From: Candidatus Neptunichlamydia sp.
GTDB taxonomy: Bacteria; Chlamydiota; Chlamydiia; Chlamydiales; Simkaniaceae
DNA: 64,000 nt
Assembly: GCA_965233865.1 (NCBI GenBank)
Contig: OZ247587.1
Span: 64,001-128,000 of the forward strand
Reading direction: 5' to 3'
The notes beneath the pieces are model-generated. The model was not told where the DNA came from. It made no database searches and saw only the letters and a list, made by a program, of their open reading frames with translations. A program made the position numbers and the translations under genes. Shown here in pieces: positions 1-10,300 of the stretch (positions are counted from its first letter, which is position 1; each line of letters starts with the position of its first letter).

Positions 1-1821
1 TCTTACTCCCAGCTCTAAACATTTAAGCTCCTCCTCCAGATTATTTTCGGCCTGATAGACAAGGGCTTTCCCAAGATACTCAATTGGAGCTCCAGAGGTT
101 TGGTGAAGGGTTTCGAACTCGTCGAGGGCTTTTTGAAAATATTCTTTCGACTGGCTCTTGTTGTCCTGGGCCTGTTTGATCAATGCATATCCTGCACGGA
201 ACACGGCTTCTCTTCCCTCAGGGCGTCCTCTAAACGAGTTTGCAATTCGTCTGTACTCTGTAATTGCTCGATCGAAATCCTTATTCAAAAGGAAAGCATC
301 AGGGACAGCTAAACAATTGACGAGAACATTTTGACTTCCTGATGAAAGCTGAATAGGGGAGATTTCAAACTCGACGTCTTTTGAAACAATTCCAAAATGG
401 CCACCCACAAGTGGAGTATGGCTCATGTAAACCATTTTTTGTACGCCGTTGATAAGAAGTCGGACAAAGTTATCTTGTCTTTCCACAGCAATATTATAAG
501 CTTCCCCAGGTTCTAAGAAAACATCGTCAATGCGTGTAACTTCAACATTGTCACGGAAAAGTTTACATCCTGGGGTTTCCTTTGAGCCAATCCATACGAG
601 AAATCCTTTTTGCAAACTTTCTCGACGGCTATCATCGGGGATACATAACATGATACCAATCCCTCCGTTGTTTTCTAGTGGACGGACAAGGGCTTGGGCT
701 TGGATGTTTCCGGAGTAAGACTCTTTTGAAAGCATAATCAAGACCCATTCCATCAGTCCTGCGTAACGGAAAATTGCCATTTGTTTGGTTAACATGACAC
801 TTTCTTGGAATTCCCAGTCTATAATTCGGTTAATATCAAGTTGCTGCATGGGGATCCAGTCTGGGTGTCCTTGAATATAGCGCTGCATTTCCGTGATGAT
901 TTCTTTTACTGAGTCATAACGTTGTTTAGGGTCAGGTTGGAGACTTTTGAGAGTAATGCGTGTAAGTTGTTGAGTGATTTCTCGAAAGGGAGCAACCGCT
1001 TGAGGATTGATAGGGGGCTCAAATCCGCTGTCTCGAAGTTGTTTCCTCCATTCTTTGAGCTCTCGAGGGCGTCTATAGGGAACTTGCAAAGTTAGCATAA
1101 AATGAAGTATGACTCCAAGGGAATAGATATCACTTTTAATGGTTGCAGGTTGACGAAATGCCCGTTCAGGGGCCATATAGTCAATCGTTCCAGCTGCGGC
1201 TCGGATGTTGGGTTGGTCTTTTCCCGGAGCGTTACCTTCTTCATCTTCTGCTTCACTGCCACTGATGATCTCAGTGGCAACGCCCCAATCAAGAATGGTG
1301 ACTTCGTTGTACTCTCCGACGATAATGTTTTCAGGTTTGAGGTCACGGTGAAGGAATCCTTTCGAATGAGTGTGCTCTATCGCCTGACAAATATTGAGGA
1401 AAGCCAGCATTAAAGAGGGAATAGATCCTCCCATGATATGAGGAGAGAGGCCATTGTCATTGGATATTCGTGTTTTAATGAGGATCATCCGAAGCGTTTC
1501 ACCCTGAAGGTAGGGCATCGTATAGTAGAGATTATTTTCATCTTCATGGAGGTCATAGATTGGAACAATGGTTGGGTGTGCTAGCTGCGCTGCAATCCGC
1601 ACCTCTTTTTTGAATCGATCGCATGCTTTTTCTTTACTCTTTCGCTTAGGCGTAATTCTTTTGAGAGCAACTTGACGGCCACAGATAGGGTCATCGGCGA
1701 GAAAGACCTCCCCCATCCCCCCCATCCCAATCAATTTTAGGATGGTATAGCGCCCAATCTGAAAAGGGTATTCATACACGGGAATTTCGTCTTCGTCTTT
1801 TGATTTTTTCTCTCGTTCCAT
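1..1821 (-). CDS. pknD: Ser/Thr protein kinase, PknD-like (3' end runs off the window)
   Basis: Not in the ORF track. Manual translation from ATG 1821 gives MEREK...[35 protein letters not shown], then [11 protein letters not shown] and LDWG Hanks-type kinase motifs; resembles chlamydial PknD. Confidence 0.85.
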   Translation of the reverse strand, partial: MEREKKSKDEDEIPVYEYPFQIGRYTILKLIGMGGMGEVFLADDPICGRQVALKRITPKRKSKEKACDRFKKEVRIAAQLAHPTIVPIYDLHEDENNLYYTMPYLQGETLRMILIKTRISNDNGLSPHIMGGSIPSLMLAFLNICQAIEHTHSKGFLHRDLKPENIIVGEYNEVTILDWGVATEIISGSEAEDEEGNAPGKDQPNIRAAAGTIDYMAPERAFRQPATIKSDIYSLGVILHFMLTLQVPYRRPRELKEWRKQLRDSGFEPPINPQAVAPFREITQQLTRITLKSLQPDPKQRYDSVKEIITEMQRYIQGHPDWIPMQQLDINRIIDWEFQESVMLTKQMAIFRYAGLMEWVLIMLSKESYSGNIQAQALVRPLENNGGIGIMLCIPDDSRRESLQKGFLVWIGSKETPGCKLFRDNVEVTRIDDVFLEPGEAYNIAVERQDNFVRLLINGVQKMVYMSHTPLVGGHFGIVSKDVEFEISPIQLSSGSQNVLVNCLAVPDAFLLNKDFDRAITEYRRIANSFRGRPEGREAVFRAGYALIKQAQDNKSQSKEYFQKALDEFETLHQTSGAPIEYLGKALVYQAENNLEEELKCLELGVR

Positions 1822-1916
1822 TTTTGCTAGATTTTGTTTTGAAAATGTCTCTTTCTTACACAATAGCAAACTTTTTCTACTTTCTCCAAAGAAAAAATCA
1901 TGATACACTGAACTTT

Positions 1917-2942
1917 ATGACAAAAAGACACACCATTCTAACGGGAGACCGTCCTACAGGCCCGCTTCACTTGGGGCACTTTGTAGGATCATTGAGAGCT
2001 CGTGTAGAGCTTCAGGAAAGATGCGATCAATACGTAATGATTGCTGACCTCCAAGCTTTGACGGATCACGCCAAAAATCCAGAAAAAGTGCGCGAAAATG
2101 TTCTTCAAGTTGTTTTCGATTATCTTGCAGTAGGAATTGACCCTGCAAAGACCACAATTTTTATCCAGTCTCTCATTCCTGCTCTTTCTGAACTGACAAT
2201 GTATTACCTCAATTTGGTTACATGGAATCGCCTTAAGCATAACCCGACTGTGAAACAAGAAATTGTTCAAAAGGGGTTTGGAGAAAGCGTTCCTGCAGGA
2301 TTTATGACGTACCCTATTTCTCAGGCTGCCGACATCACAGCTTTTAAAGCGGATCTGGTTCCTGTTGGAGAAGACCAAAAGCCGATGATTGAGCAGACCA
2401 ATGAAGTTGTCCGCGCCTTTAACCGCACTTATAACACCAATGTTTTGGTCGAAGCAAAAGCACAAATCCCCAAAATAGCTCGGTTGCCAGGAACTGATGG
2501 ACAATTAAAAATGGGAAAATCGCTCAATAATGCCATTTATCTTTCAGATACCCCAGATCAGGTTTCTAAGAAGGTCAAAAAAATGTACACCGATCCGAAT
2601 CACCTTCAAATCCAAGACCCAGGAAAAGTTGAAGGGAACCCTGTATTTAGCTATCTCGATGCTTTCGGCACTGACCTTGATAAAATTCATGAGCTAAAAG
2701 CTCACTATGAAAGAGGTGGACTTGGAGATGGAACCGTCAAAAAGTATCTTCTAGAGGTTCTCTTAGAGTTTCTTGAGCCTATCCGCCAAAGGCGGGCCCA
2801 ATTTGGAGAAGATAAAAACGCAGTCATGGATATCCTTAGAAGAGGAACTGAAATAGCTAATGAAACAGCATCTCAGACCCTTCAGGAAGTACGTGCTGCG
2901 ATCGGAATCAACTATTTTAAATCCGCTTCTCTCTCTTCATAA
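1917..2942 (+). CDS. trpS: Tryptophan--tRNA ligase
   Basis: [13 protein letters not shown] (HIGH-like), [12 protein letters not shown]. Start moved to ATG 1917. Confidence 0.95.
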   Translation: MTKRHTILTGDRPTGPLHLGHFVGSLRARVELQERCDQYVMIADLQALTDHAKNPEKVRENVLQVVFDYLAVGIDPAKTTIFIQSLIPALSELTMYYLNLVTWNRLKHNPTVKQEIVQKGFGESVPAGFMTYPISQAADITAFKADLVPVGEDQKPMIEQTNEVVRAFNRTYNTNVLVEAKAQIPKIARLPGTDGQLKMGKSLNNAIYLSDTPDQVSKKVKKMYTDPNHLQIQDPGKVEGNPVFSYLDAFGTDLDKIHELKAHYERGGLGDGTVKKYLLEVLLEFLEPIRQRRAQFGEDKNAVMDILRRGTEIANETASQTLQEVRAAIGINYFKSASLSS

Positions 2943-3113
2943 AGAATGGTTAGAGATCTATTTGATCATCAAAAATCGGCCTGAGCTTGAAAAGCTATCG
3001 TTTATTGATCGGAATTTAAAAGATCTTATGCTACAGCTAATGGAGCTGAATTCCATGGATCATCTCTCTCTCCAAAAGAAGCCTTACATCACCAATTTTT
3101 CTCACTTTAGTAT

Positions 3114-3467
3114 CTAGGAGTCTTTATCTTTTTCATCACTTGGGGTTTCCTCATCGTCACCTGTAGATGTGTTTACCCACTCTTTGCAGAGGACATAGAT
3201 CGCTGCCATAGTGAAGAAGATTGGAACAAGGACTTTCCATGAGATGTTGAATTGGGCAATAATAAAGAAGCCTACAAAGACAAAAAGGCTGATGACTGCG
3301 TCGTTAAAGCGCCCTGTCAAAAATTGTTTTAGAGATAGGGGGATACCAATGATAATCATAACAGCAGGCCACCAGTCATCGAGGAAGAACATAATAGCTA
3401 TCCCAAGAAGCAATAGTGAAGTCGAAAGGGCTTTAGCTTTATTCTTTGCAATCAGGGGTTTTGCCAT
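3114..3467 (-). CDS. Small membrane protein of unknown function
   Basis: 117 aa, about 4 hydrophobic segments, co-oriented directly after the SpoIID-like gene. Confidence 0.75.
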   Translation of the reverse strand: MAKPLIAKNKAKALSTSLLLLGIAIMFFLDDWWPAVMIIIGIPLSLKQFLTGRFNDAVISLFVFVGFFIIAQFNISWKVLVPIFFTMAAIYVLCKEWVNTSTGDDEETPSDEKDKDS

Positions 3468-3476
3468 ATTGATCTC

Positions 3477-4715
3477 CTAGTGCAGCAGTTTATATTTCTT
3501 CTTCGCAGCTTGCTTTTGTTTTGGAGAAACAAAAGAGCTTTTATGTGCCGAAACGATTGCTTTAGGGTAGGCGCGCATCTTCTCAATCGTTGTTTCTGGA
3601 AAGAACTCAGAAAGAATTTTCGGTGCATCATCGCCTCGCTCAGCCATCTGCTTTGCACTATAGAGGCACAAACCAACACCTGGCCCTTTTCCATACCCCT
3701 CAAAGACGGCAATATTTCCCTTGATGCATACGCTAAAGTCGTTGCTTTTGAGTTTGTTGCTTCCAATCTCCTTTTGAAGCGTCATAAAATCGACGTCCTC
3801 TTGATGGGTTCCGTCATGCAATCGAGCGGCATAGACTCGCCCAGAAAAATGATCCACAAAAAGATCAATTCCAGTCACACGGTTGGTTTTCACAACTTTC
3901 GCAAGCTCCTGAGTATTGATGGTCAGAGACCAATAAGTGTCGGCGCGGCATTTCATGGAAAAAGGAGTCTCTACACCACTTGGAGTAGAAGTGTTTTTTC
4001 TAAAAATGGAGGCATAACTGGCTGTTCTCCCTCCAGAATTCTCAGTCCAACTTCCTGGAAAGGGTTGCTGCTCATAAGTCATAACAAGGTAGCGAGTATT
4101 ATCGACGGCTTTATCGATATCTAAATTCTGCAGGGTGAGACCTGTACCATGATAGTTTACTTCTTTTGCGAGTACATGCCAAAAAGCATCGTAATTCATG
4201 AGGGCTTTATAATAGGCGTCGGTTCGAGAAATAATTGCGATCGAATCCACCACATTAGGAGGTAAATTGTTCCCACTAAGCTCTTCCGTTAGGGTGGCTT
4301 TCACATAGCTTTCCACATCGACTTCGTTAATAACGCTGAGTTTTCCTTCGATATGGTAAATTTCGATTGCCCCCCGGTATTGTACGCCATCTACCAAAAA
4401 AGTGGTATTAGCACTTGTTGGAGCAATTTGCAACTGGAAGATCCCTAAAAAATTCTCTCCCCATTTGATTCCTTCTTCATGAGGGTAGAGATAAAATCGT
4501 TTACCACTGCGTCCGGAGCTTATTTTTTTTCCATTTTCTGGATTGTAGATAACAAAAGGTCCTCGCGCTTCAAGCAAGATTCCATCAGAATCTCTTTGGA
4601 GTAAGACTTTGATTGTTGCGGGTTTTACCGTTTCTACCTCAGAAATTTTTACACTCTCTTTGCAAAAGACAAAGAGGGGAATTAAAATAAAAAGCAAAAT
4701 ATGCTTAACTTTCAT
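3477..4715 (-). CDS. SpoIID/LytB domain protein
   Basis: Signal peptide; YRGAIEI...VINEVDVESYV and C-terminal GYGKGPGVGLCLYSAKQMAERG...IL motif of SpoIID; overlaps the end of ruvB. Confidence 0.85.
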   Translation of the reverse strand: MKVKHILLFILIPLFVFCKESVKISEVETVKPATIKVLLQRDSDGILLEARGPFVIYNPENGKKISSGRSGKRFYLYPHEEGIKWGENFLGIFQLQIAPTSANTTFLVDGVQYRGAIEIYHIEGKLSVINEVDVESYVKATLTEELSGNNLPPNVVDSIAIISRTDAYYKALMNYDAFWHVLAKEVNYHGTGLTLQNLDIDKAVDNTRYLVMTYEQQPFPGSWTENSGGRTASYASIFRKNTSTPSGVETPFSMKCRADTYWSLTINTQELAKVVKTNRVTGIDLFVDHFSGRVYAARLHDGTHQEDVDFMTLQKEIGSNKLKSNDFSVCIKGNIAVFEGYGKGPGVGLCLYSAKQMAERGDDAPKILSEFFPETTIEKMRAYPKAIVSAHKSSFVSPKQKQAAKKKYKLLH

Positions 4716-5739
4716 TGAGCATTTCTCCAGGAATTTGGTTAGTCACAGGCACGCGACCAAGATGTTGATAGGCGAGTTTTGTTACTTCTCTTCCCCGCTG
4801 TGTACGGCGAATAAAGCCTTGCATGATGAGGAAGGGCTCATTAACCTCTTCTAGAGAAGAGGGTTCTTCTCCTAATGCAGCAGCGATAGTTCCTATGCCG
4901 ACAGGACCTCCCTCGTGGTGGTCAATAATATGTTCAAGCATTTTCTTATCCATTTCATCGAGCCCGAGGAAGTCAATATCTAGCATTTCTAAAGCATTTC
5001 GCGTTGAGACTTTGTCTAGTTTACTGTTGGTTCTCATTTGAGAATAGTCGCGAACCCATTTCAGGAGATTATTTGCAATACGCGGCGTTCCTCTAGCCCG
5101 TTTGGCGATCTCAAAAATTGACTCCTCGTTGATGTCAACATCAAGAATCAAGGAAGAACGGGAAAGAATATTTGCTACGAGATTGGAAGGGTAATAATCG
5201 AGCCGGCAGGTAAATCCAAAACGGGAGCGCAATGGAGCGCTCAAAAGGCCCATACGAGTTGTTGCTCCAACCAATGTAAAATGGTTTAGCTTTACCTGAA
5301 CACTTCGAGCTTGAGGGCCTGAATCAAGCATAAGGTCAAGGGAAAAGTCCTCCATTGCAGGGTAAAGATATTCTTCGACAGTTCGGTTAAGGCGGTGGAT
5401 TTCATCAATAAAGAGAATATCTCCCTCTTTTAGGTTGGTAAGAATTCCTGCTAAATCGGCAGGTTTGTCAATAGATGGGCCTGAAGCAACAATTAAGTCT
5501 GTACCCATTTCCTGAGCAATGATATGACCCAAAGTGGTTTTGCCTAGACCTGGGGGGCCGTAGAATAAAGAGTGGCCTAGGGCCTCACCCCGTTTTTTGG
5601 CAGCACCTACAAAGACGTCTAGTTTTTCCCGTACTGCAGGTTGTCCAATAAATTCACCTAGAGATCCCGGGCGCAGCTTGAGCTCAAGTTTCTGGTCTTG
5701 TTTTGTCCAAGACGACTGTACAAATGGTGGTTTCGTCAT
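4705..5739 (-). CDS. ruvB: Holliday junction branch migration helicase RuvB
   Basis: LRP..L.EFIGQ, GPPGLGKTT, FIDEIHRL, GATTR, RGTPRIAN. Start set to ATG 5739. Confidence 0.97.
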   Translation of the reverse strand: MTKPPFVQSSWTKQDQKLELKLRPGSLGEFIGQPAVREKLDVFVGAAKKRGEALGHSLFYGPPGLGKTTLGHIIAQEMGTDLIVASGPSIDKPADLAGILTNLKEGDILFIDEIHRLNRTVEEYLYPAMEDFSLDLMLDSGPQARSVQVKLNHFTLVGATTRMGLLSAPLRSRFGFTCRLDYYPSNLVANILSRSSLILDVDINEESIFEIAKRARGTPRIANNLLKWVRDYSQMRTNSKLDKVSTRNALEMLDIDFLGLDEMDKKMLEHIIDHHEGGPVGIGTIAAALGEEPSSLEEVNEPFLIMQGFIRRTQRGREVTKLAYQHLGRVPVTNQIPGEMLNES

Positions 5740-5902
5740 AATTTTATGTTTCCTAAGATGCATGCCATATGAGAAAATAGTAGCAAGAAAAGGAATTCAA
5801 GCGCTATATCTAAAGTGCAAAACATAAAAAAAGCTTCTGTCCAAAGGTGTTTTTATTTATCAAAGCGTGCTAGGGACAGTTCTTTCGAAAATAGGTGGTT
5901 AA

Positions 5903-6469
5903 ATGAGTTTACAAGCAGATAAATGGATTAGAAAAATGGCTCTTGAAGAAGGGATGATTGAACCTTTTGTTGATTCCCAAGTCAAGATCATCGAAAATCA
6001 TAAAATCGTCAGCTATGGCCTTTCAAGCTATGGATACGATGTTCGGGTGGGTAATCATTTTAAGGTGTTCACCAACGTTCATAATTCGATTGTTGATCCA
6101 AAAAAATTCACAGAGGATGCCTTTGTTGACATTGAAGGGGATCATTGCATTATTCCACCGAATTCTTTTGCTTTAGCCTCTACAATAGAATATTTTCGCA
6201 TTCCTAGGAGTTGTCTCACTGTTTGTTTGGGGAAATCAACCTATGCTCGTTGCGGAATCATTGTCAATGTTACCCCATTTGAGCCAGAATGGGAGGGACA
6301 TGTAACGATTGAAATTTCTAATACTACTCCTTTGCCAGCAAAAATCTACTCGAATGAGGGAATAGCTCAAGTTCTCTTTTTTGAAGCAAAACAAGTGTGT
6401 GAAGTTTCCTATGCTGACCGTGCAGGCAAGTACATGAAGCAAAGAGGAATTACTGTCCCATCGGTATGA
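5903..6469 (+). CDS. dcd: dCTP deaminase
   Basis: [39 protein letters not shown]. Confidence 0.96.
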   Translation: MSLQADKWIRKMALEEGMIEPFVDSQVKIIENHKIVSYGLSSYGYDVRVGNHFKVFTNVHNSIVDPKKFTEDAFVDIEGDHCIIPPNSFALASTIEYFRIPRSCLTVCLGKSTYARCGIIVNVTPFEPEWEGHVTIEISNTTPLPAKIYSNEGIAQVLFFEAKQVCEVSYADRAGKYMKQRGITVPSV

Positions 6470-6487
6470 ACCTATCCCACTGTTATA

Positions 6488-6512
6488 AACAACGCCTTTT
6501 TGGGGCGTTGTT
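6488..6512 (+). terminator. Stem-loop downstream of dcd
   Basis: AACAACGCC-7 nt-GGCGTTGTT perfect 9-bp stem; no immediate U tract. Confidence 0.35.
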
Positions 6513-6605
6513 CCCAAAGTTTGATCCCTCTTTTTACCCTATTTTACTAAGAGAAGCATGTAAAGAAGAATCAAATTCTAACATATATAATATTGGGATA
6601 GATTC

Positions 6606-6887
6606 ATGAGGCTTCATCTTATGTTACTTAAGAATTGGTGGGTCATTGCGTTCATTTTGATGGCAGGGGCGATTTATATCCAGGCGATTCACAAGAAAAA
6701 TCAATTAGTTGTTACACTGCAGGAAAGGGTAAGTACCCTTGTCACAGCAAAAATGGACGCAATGGAGAAAAAAGAAGAGCTTTTACTTCGAATAAATAGC
6801 CAAAATGATCCCGATTTCGTTGAGCTTATTCTGAAAGAAAAGCTTGGTGTAACGGCTGAAGGAGAACTAAAAGTGGTATTTCAATGA
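6606..6887 (+). CDS. FtsB/DivIC-like septum formation initiator family protein
   Basis: N-terminal TM, coiled coil, C-terminal DPDFVELILKEKLGV...GE pattern. Confidence 0.7.
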   Translation: MRLHLMLLKNWWVIAFILMAGAIYIQAIHKKNQLVVTLQERVSTLVTAKMDAMEKKEELLLRINSQNDPDFVELILKEKLGVTAEGELKVVFQ

Positions 6888-8143
6888 CGCTGCCAATTCT
6901 CATTGCAACTCTTGTTGTCTTAAGCTTTACATCTGGTTTCCTTTCTGCTTCAGAAACAGCGCTTTTTTCCCTCTCTTCGATGAAGGTACGAGCCTTTCGC
7001 CTGGGGAAAGACCCACGTGGGCACCTCATTGCGCGCCTCCTTTCTGAGCCTAGAAAACTTCTTGTCACAATTTTAATGCTAAATGTAGTGATGAACATCT
7101 TAGTTCAAAATGTGGTGTCTGGAATTTTTGGGACGTTTACTAGTTGGGTATTAACTGTCGGTGTACCACTTGCACTAACGCTCATTTTTGGAGAAGTCAT
7201 TCCCAAATCGATTGCCTATCCCAAAAACACCTGGATTGCTTACCGCGTCTCTCCCATCATCCGAGGCGTTGAGATTTTTTTAAAGCCACTTCGCGACGCG
7301 ATCACATTTATCACAACAGGAATTTCAAAGTTCTTTTTCTTTTATCTTCGAAAGGAGAGCGATATTGAAATTGAAGAGCTGAAAATTGCTCTGCGCAGTT
7401 CTCAAGAAACAGGAGCAGTGAGCAGTGAGGAAGCGAAGCTTGTCCGAGGATATCTTAACTTAGAAGAAGATCTTGTAAAAGAGTTGATGTGTCCTAGGAG
7501 CGAGGTTTTGTTTTTTAATATTAATGGCTCCCTTTCAGACCTTATTCGCCTTTTTGTTGATGAAGAGTGTACATGTATCCCAGTGTGTAATGGGTCAATT
7601 GAAAATGTTTTAGGAATTATGACAAGTGGGAGTTTCTTTCTCCACCGCAGCCACTTAAAGTCAAGCCACGACATCATACCGTTCTTGAGGAAGCCAAATT
7701 ATGTCCCAGAGTCAATGCTTAGTAGGGCACTTCTTGAGCATTTTTACAAATTGCAAGAAACAATGGTTATGGTTGTTGATGAGTATGGATCTGTTTCGGG
7801 GCTTATTACCCTTGAAGATCTTGTAGAAACTGTTATTGGACAGATCGCGGATCGGCGGGATGAAAAAAGCCATTATACTAGGGCTTCCTCTGATATCATT
7901 ATAGCCAATGGCAAGTTTGAACTCCTCGAATTTGAGGAGATTTTCGACTATCACTTAGAAAGCCCAAATAACATGGCGACAATTGGAGGGTGGATTACGG
8001 AACAACTCGGAGATATTCCGAAAAGTGGAACCAAAATCGAGCGCCACGGTTTTCTTTTTCATGTCTTAGCCTCAGACAATAATCGTATTCGACGTGTCTA
8101 TATTCGTCATCTTAAACCTTCTAAAAGGAAAAAAGATGGCTAA
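6884..8143 (+). CDS. CNNM (DUF21)-CBS-CorC hemolysin-family protein
   Basis: SGFLSASETALFSL, FGEVIPK, VVDEYGSVSGLITLEDLVE. Confidence 0.92.
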   Translation: MTLPILIATLVVLSFTSGFLSASETALFSLSSMKVRAFRLGKDPRGHLIARLLSEPRKLLVTILMLNVVMNILVQNVVSGIFGTFTSWVLTVGVPLALTLIFGEVIPKSIAYPKNTWIAYRVSPIIRGVEIFLKPLRDAITFITTGISKFFFFYLRKESDIEIEELKIALRSSQETGAVSSEEAKLVRGYLNLEEDLVKELMCPRSEVLFFNINGSLSDLIRLFVDEECTCIPVCNGSIENVLGIMTSGSFFLHRSHLKSSHDIIPFLRKPNYVPESMLSRALLEHFYKLQETMVMVVDEYGSVSGLITLEDLVETVIGQIADRRDEKSHYTRASSDIIIANGKFELLEFEEIFDYHLESPNNMATIGGWITEQLGDIPKSGTKIERHGFLFHVLASDNNRIRRVYIRHLKPSKRKKDG

Positions 8144-9365
8144 TTGGACCCTTTTTCTCCTTCTTATCGTTGTATCCTTGATTGTCCAAGGGTTTTACTC
8201 AATGCTTGAAATGGCTGCCGTTTCTTTTAATCGAGTCCGCCTCCAATTTTATGTGAGTCAGGGAAATAGACGGGCAAAGTGGCTCAGCAAACTTCTTAAT
8301 AATCCGACGAGACTTTTTGGGACTACGCTTATAGGGATAAATACTGCAATGCAGTTTGGTTCTGAGTGTGCACGCCGTTTTTACTCCTCACTTGACCTCA
8401 GTCCTGATTGGGCGCCGATCACCCAGATTTTTATAGTCCTTATTTTTGCTGAACTTGCGCCAATGTTTGCAGCTCGCCGCTATGCTGAACATGTGTGTAT
8501 GTTGGGGATCCCTATTTTGCACCTAACATCTTATATTCTTCGTCCCATTGTTTTTATCCTTGATTTCATTTGTCGCTTCATCAATTTCCTTTTTGGAGTG
8601 AAGAGTCGCTCAGGTCTATACTTATCGCGAGAAGAGCTTCAGAAGGCTATTGAAGAAAGAGATGAGACCCTTTCAGAAGAGCTTGATCCGGTTCTGATGA
8701 ATATTTTCTCATTAAAAAACAAGACAGCAAAGGATCTCATGGATCCTATCGAGGAGATGAAATGCATTCCTTCAGAGAAAAAGATTGGAGATCTTAAGCA
8801 GCTTCTTGATCGTCAACCTTTTCCATTCATTCCGGTCTATCATAAAAGTCCGAAGAATATCGTTGCTATTGCTTACCCCCGGGATCTTCTCCGTCACGCG
8901 GATGATACGCGCCTGTACGCTTACTGTCGCTCTCCATGGTTTATCACAGAGACCAACTCAATTCTCGAAATTATAAAAGAGTTTCGACAAAACAATCAGA
9001 GTTTAGCTATTGTTTTGAATGAAAAAGGAGAGGCCATAGGAAGTCTTGCCCTTGATGCTGTAGTGGATGAAATTTTTGGGCACCGTGATGATTGGATTTC
9101 ATTTGGAGAGTATATTCCTGAGCAGCGAAAAGTCCTTGTTGATCGATCATTCCCAGGAGATACCTCCATTGCTGATATTAACAAATGGCTTCACATCTAT
9201 CTTCCTATTAAGGAAGATAGAGAAACCCTTGAAGATCTTATGGAGCTTTCGCTCGGGCGTCGCCCCGATCTGGGTGATTCTGTGCGCATAGACTTTTTTG
9301 AGCTTTCAGTCGAAGAAACTTCTTTTATCGCGGGTCGCACTATTCTTATTAGCTCTGTCTCTTAG
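8136..9365 (+). CDS. Second CNNM (DUF21)-CBS-CorC family protein
   Basis: GFYSMLEMAAVS, FAELAP, CBS pair; ATG 8136 overlaps the previous stop. Confidence 0.9.
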   Translation: MANWTLFLLLIVVSLIVQGFYSMLEMAAVSFNRVRLQFYVSQGNRRAKWLSKLLNNPTRLFGTTLIGINTAMQFGSECARRFYSSLDLSPDWAPITQIFIVLIFAELAPMFAARRYAEHVCMLGIPILHLTSYILRPIVFILDFICRFINFLFGVKSRSGLYLSREELQKAIEERDETLSEELDPVLMNIFSLKNKTAKDLMDPIEEMKCIPSEKKIGDLKQLLDRQPFPFIPVYHKSPKNIVAIAYPRDLLRHADDTRLYAYCRSPWFITETNSILEIIKEFRQNNQSLAIVLNEKGEAIGSLALDAVVDEIFGHRDDWISFGEYIPEQRKVLVDRSFPGDTSIADINKWLHIYLPIKEDRETLEDLMELSLGRRPDLGDSVRIDFFELSVEETSFIAGRTILISSVS

Positions 9366-9523
9366 ATAACACTTCAGATTACCCAACGAGATGCCAAGCA
9401 ATTTATTTACTTAAAAAATGAGTCCTCTTTACTAAGCGTTCCGCGGCTCGTAGGCGGTGTCTGAAAATAATTTATTGTAGTTAGAGCAAATGAAGCTGTT
9501 TAGAACCGAGGAGTTTTAGAGGA

Positions 9524-9652
9524 CTAAGGCTTGGCACGTTTGTCACCGCAGATGAAACTACACCCACAGCTCTTACATTTATAGCGTTATTCACCTCTGA
9601 TATGACCATTTTTAACTAACTCTTGTCCACTGCACTTTTTACAACAATTCAT
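9524..9652 (-). mobile_element. IS1-like transposase N-terminal zinc-finger remnant
   Basis: Manual translation MNCCKKCSGQELVKNGHIRGE*RYKCKSCGCSFICGDKRAKP* matches the InsA-type CxxC..KNG..GxQRYxCKxCG pattern; TAA at 9587-9589 where Gln is expected. Confidence 0.7.
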
Positions 9653-9707
9653 CTCGATACTCTCAATCTTCAATTATAAAAAAGTTCAGAATCTCATACA
9701 TCGCTTT

Positions 9708-10143
9708 TCAGGTAAACACTCTCAAAATTTCATCGTAACAATAAGAGATGGTTTCTATTTGTGGGATAGGTTTTTCTGGAATGGTTTCAACTCTAGGCTG
9801 AACCTGCGGGTAAAATGTTTCAGAGGCCTTTGCCCATTTTTTTAATTTCTCTAGAACAGAGATAGACTCTTTGCTGTGAAAAAGTTTGTTTTTTCTTCAT
9901 TGGAGGGATTCTTAATATCCACTCAATTCCAACATTTTTAGACGAAACCCTTTCTTTAGCGAGTTTTCTTATAGTTCTATTTCCAAAAACTCCAAAACCA
10001 TGCTTGGAATTCGGTTTCCACTGAAGTTGAAGTTCATAGTGGTTAAATGGCGATCTCCATACAAAGCATTTGATTAAAATAATTTTTAATCTTTTATGAT
10101 AAATAGCTTTTGTCATATTATGGCAGACAACAGGCTGCCCCAC
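9708..10143 (-). pseudogene. Possible frameshifted gene remnant of unknown family
   Basis: 107-aa ORF overlapped by a second protein-like open frame (NKLFHSKESISVLEKLKKWAKASETFYPQ...); no motif recognised. Confidence 0.25.
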
Positions 10144-10300
10144 GGTCTTATAATCGAAGGAGCGGACTAGTAGGATTTCAAGTAGCTTTGATCACCCCGC
10201 AAAGAAAATAAATTTAAAAAAAAATGTCATGAACCGCTATTCAGGGAACGATGCTATTGCTAACTGGGCACAAAAGTCCCACCAGAATCTAAGAAAAACG

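Noticed and set aside
100..1413. Short track ORFs at the window start
   Set aside because: They overlap the long minus-strand kinase frame, which the track missed because it has no stop in the window.
2860..3117. 85-aa ORF overlapping the trpS end
   Set aside because: Start buried in trpS, no motif; could be a remnant but unsupported.
3480..4124. 214-aa plus-strand ORF, and other short track ORFs overlapping assigned genes
   Set aside because: Antisense or out-of-frame shadows of well-supported genes.
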